From: a virus
Direction: 5' to 3' (one strand)
Virus record (IMG/VR): IMGVR_UViG_3300020454_001183
Location: 2,683 to 66,682 of that record
DNA length: 64,000 nucleotides
In this document: piece after piece, positions 57,931 to 64,000 of the stretch
Layout: every line of letters begins with the position of its first letter
How positions within the stretch are numbered: position 1 is the stretch's first letter
Program-made: the position numbers and the translations under genes
Notes under the pieces: model-generated
Told to the model about the DNA's origin: nothing
Seen by the model: only the letters and a program-made list of their open reading frames with translations
Databases searched by the model: none

Positions 57931-57958
57931 TTTATCTTTTTCCTTTTATATATAAATA

Positions 57959-60900
57959 TTAAGCTCCTCCAGAACCTGATGATGGGTTTAATCCTAAATT
58001 AAAGTTTGTTGAACTTGCAATTTGATTTGCTGCCCCCACCATAAACCATTTTGTATAACCTACATGAGATGTTGCTAGTGTCATCTGATTTATTTCTGAT
58101 GATTCTAATGTATTTGAACCATCAATCGTACTACCGTCAGTACCTACCTCTAAAACATATTCGCCAGTAGTTGAACCACCATATGAATCTGTTGTTGTTG
58201 TTGGAATTCCTCCCATATCTGAACCACTTGGGAATAAAATCACAAAGTGTTTAGATGAATTTCTTGATATAGTTCCACTACTACCCATACTTCTTAATAC
58301 AGTATGTAAGTTAGAACCACTTGCTTCTGCTAATTTTGTTGCAGTTTGTGAACCACCATAAGAATATGTAAATGTTGAATCACCAATTACATCATCATCT
58401 ATAATTTTATCTAAGAATCCAATATCCGTAAATGGAGTTGCAACTGGTGGAGTTGAACCATCCTCACTTGTAATACCAACTGCGGTATTATAAGTTGCGT
58501 TGTTAAATCCAACATCGTAAACAAATACTCTACCATAATCAGCCGATGTTGCTACAGTGAAACTCCTATCACTATAAGTTTGTGATTTACCAAATTGGTC
58601 TGTAATTGTTACACTATAGAAATATTCTCTAGCAGTTGCGTTTTCAGTTAAATGTAATCCAATTGATGATGAATTAGCGTTTGAATATACTAATTGTAAA
58701 TCAGAACCACTTAATGATGCACTAAATGGAGTATCAGATTCATCATCACTTACACTCATACTTACCATACACACACCATTTAATGCTAAATCAGTTTCAA
58801 ATTTAGCCGTTTGGTTTGTAAATGCTATTGATGGTGCTTGGTTAGCTGCTACACTTGCTGTAAATGCGGTTTCTGTAGTCGTACCGAATGTATTAGTTGC
58901 TATTGAACTTCCACTTAATAAAGCTCCACTTGATGTTGTAGAACCACTTAAATCAGTTTTTATAGATAATCTACCATTTGAAGAATTTATATCAAATACT
59001 CCACTACCACTATTTAAAGTCCAAGTTACTGATTGATTCGCTGAAAATGCTGCTATCGTACCACTTCTACCATTTGAACTAATATAAACACTTGCTCCAC
59101 TTACTGCTGATTCGATAACATATGGAGTAGTCCAGTTATCACTAACAGTCGGAGGTGTATCATCTGAAATTGGAATTGTAACTATTGCTTCGTTAGATGC
59201 GGTATTGTATGAATCTCTAATTCTTACTGTATATTGATATTCATTTATTAAATCAGAATTTATATATACACCATTTTTTCTTGTTACTTGCCCAGTACCA
59301 CTACATTGGAATGCGTTATTTGTTGGGTCACTTTGTGATGTTCCACCATATGAACTACTTGCAACATTTGCATCATCTAATTCTAATTTATATAATGTGA
59401 AATCACTAAATGTTATTGTATCTCCTTCATTATCTGTAGCTGATATTGTTGCTACTACTGCTCCATTTGAACTATTTTCACTTATTGATGAAAGAGTTTG
59501 ATTATTTATTGTTGGGTGAACATTATCAGTTACACTTACAGATACAGGTAAAATAGTTTGTCCAACTGTACCTTGCGATGCTGATAAGAAATGTTCATCA
59601 GATGCAGTTACTGCGAAAGTGTATAATGATTGAGATTCATAATCTAATGAAGCTGTATTTTGTCTAATATCAAAGTAGTTTGAAGAAACTGTAATATCAA
59701 AGTGTTCACCATCAATAGAACTTGATGTAATTGTTATTGTATCAGTTTCATCATCCGTAAAGTAAACTCTTTTTACTAAAGTATCATCTGATGAATTTTC
59801 ATTGAAACTTGCAGTTACGGATGTAATTACAGTTCCTCCAGCAGAACCTTCTCTAAATTTAGGTGCGGTATTAGGTGTTACTCTAATATGAATTGTTTTA
59901 TTTGTTGTCCCACCAAATGTATCAGTAGCTTTTATTAAGAATGGATGCGCTCCACCAGCGTAAACAGATGTATCTGTATTTATAGATGATGTTGTTCTCG
60001 CTCTTGCAGTAATAACTGCAGTTGATGAATTTATTGCGAATTTATCTGAGCTATATCCACTTTGAGTAGCGTATGTTATTGTTTGTCCTTCTGAATCTGT
60101 AGCAGAAACAGTTCCTACAATAGAATCTATATCTTCAAATTCATCTATACTAAATGATACTGAATTAATTACAGGTGCTGTATTTGGGAAAAATACTGAT
60201 TCTAAGAAATTTTGTATTGAACCAGATGTTCCAAAGTTGTTGTTATAAACTCCACTTGGTAAATCAGTATTTGATACAGTTCTATTACCATCAAATCCTA
60301 TTGATGATGAAACTTGTGATGCACTAATGTATCCTAAAGCTCCAATCTGACCTGCTCCACTAACTATACCACTATCTAAACTAGTCAAATATGAACCACT
60401 TACTGATTCAATACTACCAACTCTTTGATTTAACGATGCGGTAGTAGAATGTATATTTGTAATATTAATATCATTAGAAGAAGTGTATGTGTTCAATGAT
60501 GAAATATCAGTTGAACCACCACTACTACCAGATACATGCGAAACGAATATCGCACCTCCCATATTACCATGTGCAGTACATTGGTAATAAAGAACATCAG
60601 GTGCTTCCATTGGTACATCAAAGATAAGAGTACCATTTGAAACATCATTATTTGTAATACCATTACTATATGCAGTACCAGCTGAACCATTCGCAGTTGT
60701 TTGGATTCGGAATGGATGGGCACCCATATTATTGGTAAATTTATATTTTTGTCCTCTAACTAAGTAAATGTTAGGGTCTGATGCTGAACCAGTAAATCCT
60801 GGTCCTTGAAATACATAATGATTTGAACCATCTGCGGTTAGATTCCATTCAGATGTATATTCAGCTATTGAAGCTGAATTAACTGCCATCGATGCCGTAT

Positions 60901-63900
60901 CTGAGTTTGATATATACGAACCACTTTCTGATTCAATACTATCTAATCTTTGGTCTAATGAAGAAGTTGTTGATTCTAAATTAGTTAATCTAATGTTAGC
61001 TGATGATGTATATGTATTTAATGATGTTGTTGAGTCTGATGATGAAATGAATCCAAAATCAGTAATCTGTTCTGAACCACTAATAGTTCCACTTGGTGTA
61101 CTACTTTCAGAAACAAAACCTAATGCGGTTATTTGAGCTGAAGAACTAAGTAATACTGAACCTGTAAATGTTTCTAAATTTGTTAGTTGAACCGTAGCCG
61201 AAGATGTAAATGCATTTAAAGATGAATTTTCACCTCCACTTTCTGATACAAATCCAAACGCTGTTATCTGTGCCGATGAACTAATAGTACCAGCATCTGA
61301 TTGAGATACAAATCCTAATGATGTTAATTGACCAGAACCACTTATAGTTCCAGCAGGTACACCTGATTCAGAAACAAAACCTAATGCGGTAATTTGTTGA
61401 GAACCACTTAGAACACCTAATGTATTTAATCTAGCATTTACATCGGAATCAGTATAGTGAGATAAATCACTAATTTGTGATTGTGCTATTGTTATTTGAG
61501 AAGAACCACTTATTACACCACTTGGTAATGAGCTTACTACTTGTGATGAACCACTTATAATACCCCTACCAGTTGTTTCGTATGATGAGGTTGCTTCTTC
61601 TATACTATCTAACCTTGCATCAACCGATGATGAAAAAGATGCCGTAAATGAACTAAAATCACCTAATCGTAAATCTGTTGAAGATGTATAATTGTGAATA
61701 GATGATGTAAATTGATTTAGTGATGCATTTGTTCCACTTTCAGATACAAACCCAAACGCTGTTACTTGAGCTGAAGAACTAAGTAAGTTTTGTGGTACAT
61801 TTGTTAATTCAGTAAATGCTGTTGCAACACCACTACTTATTAAAAATACTGATACAGTTGAACGACCACCTTCACTATCTGAGTTATGAAGTGATATTGG
61901 TTCAGATGTTGTTGCATCAATCTTACCAACTATTCTAATATAAGAACCACTTTCAATTTGTGCAGTAGATGTTCCACCACCAAATGAATAATCAGGTTCC
62001 ATAGACGGAGACCCAATACCAAATGTTGAACCACTTATTTCACCCCAATCACTACCATTCGAACTTCTTTGCCATTTAAAGTTAGCGTATCTATCATTAT
62101 CATCAGCTTTATATAATGTAAAGTTAGCTGTAAGAACATATGTACCTGTTGTACCGATTTGAACTTTTGAACCATCATCTATAGTAAAATTACTACTACC
62201 CGTTGAAAATAAAGGTGTGGTAATAAACTCTAATGTTTGATATGAGGTAGATAATTCTTTTCTTTTGTAAGAACCACTACCACTCATTTCTAATTCTAAA
62301 TTAGCTACATCACCAGTAACTAAACTTCCACTTCTAAATCCTAAGTCGTTTAATTGACCCGAGCCTGATAGTATATCAGTACCTCCCAACACTTGGATTG
62401 AACTCGATACCACTCCCGATGGGAATTGTTGTGATGAACTTATTATGTTATCAGGTAAGTTTGCTAATTGTTCATAATTAACTTGTATTGATTCACTAAA
62501 TATTGTTTTTCCTGCTGTAGCTCTTTGTTCATACCTTTCATCATAAGATGATGTAAGTTGTGATGAACCACTTATAATACTTCTTCCAGTTGTTTCATAA
62601 GATGAAGTAGCTGCTTCTACATTATCTAGTCTACTATCTAATGAGGCAGTTGTAGTTTCTACATTTACCAATCGAGCATCCAATGATGCAGTTGTAGTTT
62701 CTACATTTGTTAATCTATCTTTTAAAGAACCAGATTCTACTTCTAATCTACCTGCTCTTTGTTGTAAAGATGAACTTACAACTTCTATTTGTGATATCCT
62801 ATCTGCTTGAGAAGAAGTATCAGCTGATAATTGATTTAATCTTGTATTTACTGAAGATGTGAATGCGTTTGTACCTTCAATGGATGAAGTAAATGTTTCT
62901 AAGTTACTTAATTGTATTGTTGCTGAAGATGTAAAATTATTTAAATGACTTACAGATGCTTCAGAAGATGAAGATACAAATCCAAATGCTGTAATTTGTG
63001 CTGAACTACTAACAAGTGTACTTCCAGTAAATGCATTGATTGAAGCCGTTGCACTTGCTAAATCATCAACTCTAGTTTCTAATGAAGATGAAGTAACTTC
63101 AATTCTTTCTAATCTTTGGTCTGTTGATGATGTATATGTATTAAACCCATCTAATCTTGTATCGGTAGATGATGTGTAAGTATTTAGTGAAGTTATTACT
63201 GTTTGGTCATTGTATGAACCAGTATTTGCTTCAATTTCACCAACTCTCTGTTCTAATGATGAAGTTGTAGATTCTACATTTGTTAATCTAATAGAAGTGG
63301 ATGCGGTATAAGCATTTAAAGATGAATTCTCACCCCCACTCTCAGATACGAATCCTAATGCCGTTATTTGTTGTGAACCTGATATTGTACCAGCTGATAT
63401 TGATGAACTTTCAGATACGAATCCTAATGCTGTTATTTGAGCTGAACCACTTACTATATCAGTTGGTAGTTGTTCAGATGAACTAATTATACCACTTGTT
63501 AATGATGTTAAGTAAGATGATGTTGCTGCAGATAATCCATCAACTTCTGTTTTAATTGATGATGTAAATGTATTTAAAGATGTAATAACTGTTTGGTCAT
63601 CATATGAACCAGTATTTGATTCAATTTGCCCAACTCTTTGTTCTAAAGAAGAAGTTGTTGATTCAATATTTGAAATATTGATATCATTTGATGATGTATA
63701 TAAATTTAGTGAAGTTATATTAGTTTTAGAACCACTAAGTATATCAGTTCCACCTAATATTTGTATTCCACCACTTACTATTCCTGCAGGTAAATTATCT
63801 AAATCATTATAATCTACTTGTGATGAACCTGATATAACCCCATCACCACCTGGTCTTAAAACTGAACCACTTACAATTCCTTCACCTAAATCAGTTGCAT

Positions 63901-64000
63901 ATCTACTATCTAAATCTGAATGAAGTTGTGCGGATGATGAAATTATTCCTGCGGGTAATTGTTCAGATGATGATAAAATTCCACTTCCACCTAATATCTG
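57959..64000 (-). CDS. Giant (>2000 aa, N-terminus outside window) fibre/adhesin with Ser-rich and coiled-coil repeats, a cupredoxin-like domain and tandem cadherin-like domains
   Basis: The frame read upstream of the track's TTG start (62683) showed no stop and the same repeats up to the right edge. Cadherin motifs N.AP, VSATD.EG, LDYE, V.ASD. HPF...YYQCTAHGNM. Confidence 0.85.
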   Translation of the reverse strand, partial: QILGGSGILSSSEQLPAGIISSSAQLHSDLDSRYATDLGEGIVSGSVLRPGGDGVISGSSQVDYNDLDNLPAGIVSGGIQILGGTDILSGSKTNITSLNLYTSSNDINISNIESTTSSLEQRVGQIESNTGSYDDQTVITSLNTFTSSIKTEVDGLSAATSSYLTSLTSGIISSSEQLPTDIVSGSAQITALGFVSESSSISAGTISGSQQITALGFVSESGGENSSLNAYTASTSIRLTNVESTTSSLEQRVGEIEANTGSYNDQTVITSLNTYTSSTDTRLDGFNTYTSSTDQRLERIEVTSSSLETRVDDLASATASINAFTGSTLVSSSAQITAFGFVSSSSEASVSHLNNFTSSATIQLSNLETFTSSIEGTNAFTSSVNTRLNQLSADTSSQADRISQIEVVSSSLQQRAGRLEVESGSLKDRLTNVETTTASLDARLVNVETTTASLDSRLDNVEAATSSYETTGRSIISGSSQLTSSYDERYEQRATAGKTIFSESIQVNYEQLANLPDNIISSSQQFPSGVVSSSIQVLGGTDILSGSGQLNDLGFRSGSLVTGDVANLELEMSGSGSYKRKELSTSYQTLEFITTPLFSTGSSNFTIDDGSKVQIGTTGTYVLTANFTLYKADDNDRYANFKWQRSSNGSDWGEISGSTFGIGSPSMEPDYSFGGGTSTAQIESGSYIRIVGKIDATTSEPISLHNSDSEGGRSTVSVFLISSGVATAFTELTNVPQNLLSSSAQVTAFGFVSESGTNASLNQFTSSIHNYTSSTDLRLGDFSSFTASFSSSVDARLDSIEEATSSYETTGRGIISGSSQVVSSLPSGVISGSSQITIAQSQISDLSHYTDSDVNARLNTLGVLSGSQQITALGFVSESGVPAGTISGSGQLTSLGFVSQSDAGTISSSAQITAFGFVSESGGENSSLNAFTSSATVQLTNLETFTGSVLLSSSAQITALGFVSESSTPSGTISGSEQITDFGFISSSDSTTSLNTYTSSANIRLTNLESTTSSLDQRLDSIESESGSYISNSDTASMAVNSASIAEYTSEWNLTADGSNHYVFQGPGFTGSASDPNIYLVRGQKYKFTNNMGAHPFRIQTTANGSAGTAYSNGITNNDVSNGTLIFDVPMEAPDVLYYQCTAHGNMGGAIFVSHVSGSSGGSTDISSLNTYTSSNDINITNIHSTTASLNQRVGSIESVSGSYLTSLDSGIVSGAGQIGALGYISASQVSSSIGFDGNRTVSNTDLPSGVYNNNFGTSGSIQNFLESVFFPNTAPVINSVSFSIDEFEDIDSIVGTVSATDSEGQTITYATQSGYSSDKFAINSSTAVITARARTTSSINTDTSVYAGGAHPFLIKATDTFGGTTNKTIHIRVTPNTAPKFREGSAGGTVITSVTASFNENSSDDTLVKRVYFTDDETDTITITSSSIDGEHFDITVSSNYFDIRQNTASLDYESQSLYTFAVTASDEHFLSASQGTVGQTILPVSVSVTDNVHPTINNQTLSSISENSSNGAVVATISATDNEGDTITFSDFTLYKLELDDANVASSSYGGTSQSDPTNNAFQCSGTGQVTRKNGVYINSDLINEYQYTVRIRDSYNTASNEAIVTIPISDDTPPTVSDNWTTPYVIESAVSGASVYISSNGRSGTIAAFSANQSVTWTLNSGSGVFDINSSNGRLSIKTDLSGSTTSSGALLSGSSIATNTFGTTTETAFTASVAANQAPSIAFTNQTAKFETDLALNGVCMVSMSVSDDESDTPFSASLSGSDLQLVYSNANSSSIGLHLTENATAREYFYSVTITDQFGKSQTYSDRSFTVATSADYGRVFVYDVGFNNATYNTAVGITSEDGSTPPVATPFTDIGFLDKIIDDDVIGDSTFTYSYGGSQTATKLAEASGSNLHTVLRSMGSSGTISRNSSKHFVILFPSGSDMGGIPTTTTDSYGGSTTGEYVLEVGTDGSTIDGSNTLESSEINQMTLATSHVGYTKWFMVGAANQIASSTNFNLGLNPSSGSGGA

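Noticed and set aside
40157-57959. T4 gp55 late promoters (TATAAATA) driving plus-strand transcription
   Set aside because: The octamer faces away from every adjacent gene and no plus-strand genes exist; the element is better read on the minus strand.
4014-60723. Short nested minus-strand ORFs 4014..4202, 10101..10283, 17688..17969 and 60493..60723
   Set aside because: They are alternative-frame overlaps of stronger genes, with no motifs or start signals.
62681-62683. TTG at 62683 as the start of the giant adhesin
   Set aside because: The frame continues upstream with the same repeats to the window edge, so the true start lies outside the window.
196-63486. All plus-strand ORFs in the track (e.g. 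16212..16610, 22046..22567, 46897..47373, 56434..56991)
   Set aside because: They are antisense shadows of well-supported minus-strand genes, with no motifs or expression signals.
1-64000. Stop-codon reassignment, tRNA/rRNA genes or self-splicing introns
   Set aside because: Core genes are uninterrupted in the standard code, TAA, TAG and TGA all serve as stops, and the short intergenic gaps showed no cloverleaf or intron-like sequence.

Overview
This 64 kb window is part of a large, AT-rich (roughly 30% GC by eye) contractile-tailed, T4-like phage genome. Every credible gene lies on the minus strand, and the standard genetic code reads through cleanly. In transcription order (right to left): (1) a tail-fibre/adhesin block with a >2000-aa cadherin/cupredoxin-domain protein running off the right edge, two S74-chaperone fibres, a glycosyltransferase and a Hint-domain protein; (2) sheath, tube, a chaperone pair with a probable frameshift, tape measure and baseplate genes; (3) an early accessory island with a PhyH dioxygenase, zincin, LPD29, a stripped PolA and a signal-peptide nuclease; (4) a T4-type replisome (gp32, UvsX, RNase H/FEN, PolB, clamp, clamp loader, helicase); (5) RNR and thioredoxin; (6) a glycosyltransferase cluster running off the left edge. 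Nine fixed-spacing (T/C)TTG-N20-TATATT(A/T)(G/A) promoters, an Hc1-like histone gene and a signal peptide ending before Gln point to a Bacteroidota/FCB-group host. The most notable signal is a set of probable DNA-modification and counter-defence genes interleaved with the replisome: two tandem Mom-like enzymes, a DUF4338/DruA-like protein, a GT-B glycosyltransferase, a DUF262-HNH (GmrSD-like) nuclease and DUF1599. Several carry short terminal F-F/F-W motifs like the polymerase's clamp-binding tail, and GATC appears strongly avoided. All family assignments come from motif recognition by eye; no database searches were run.
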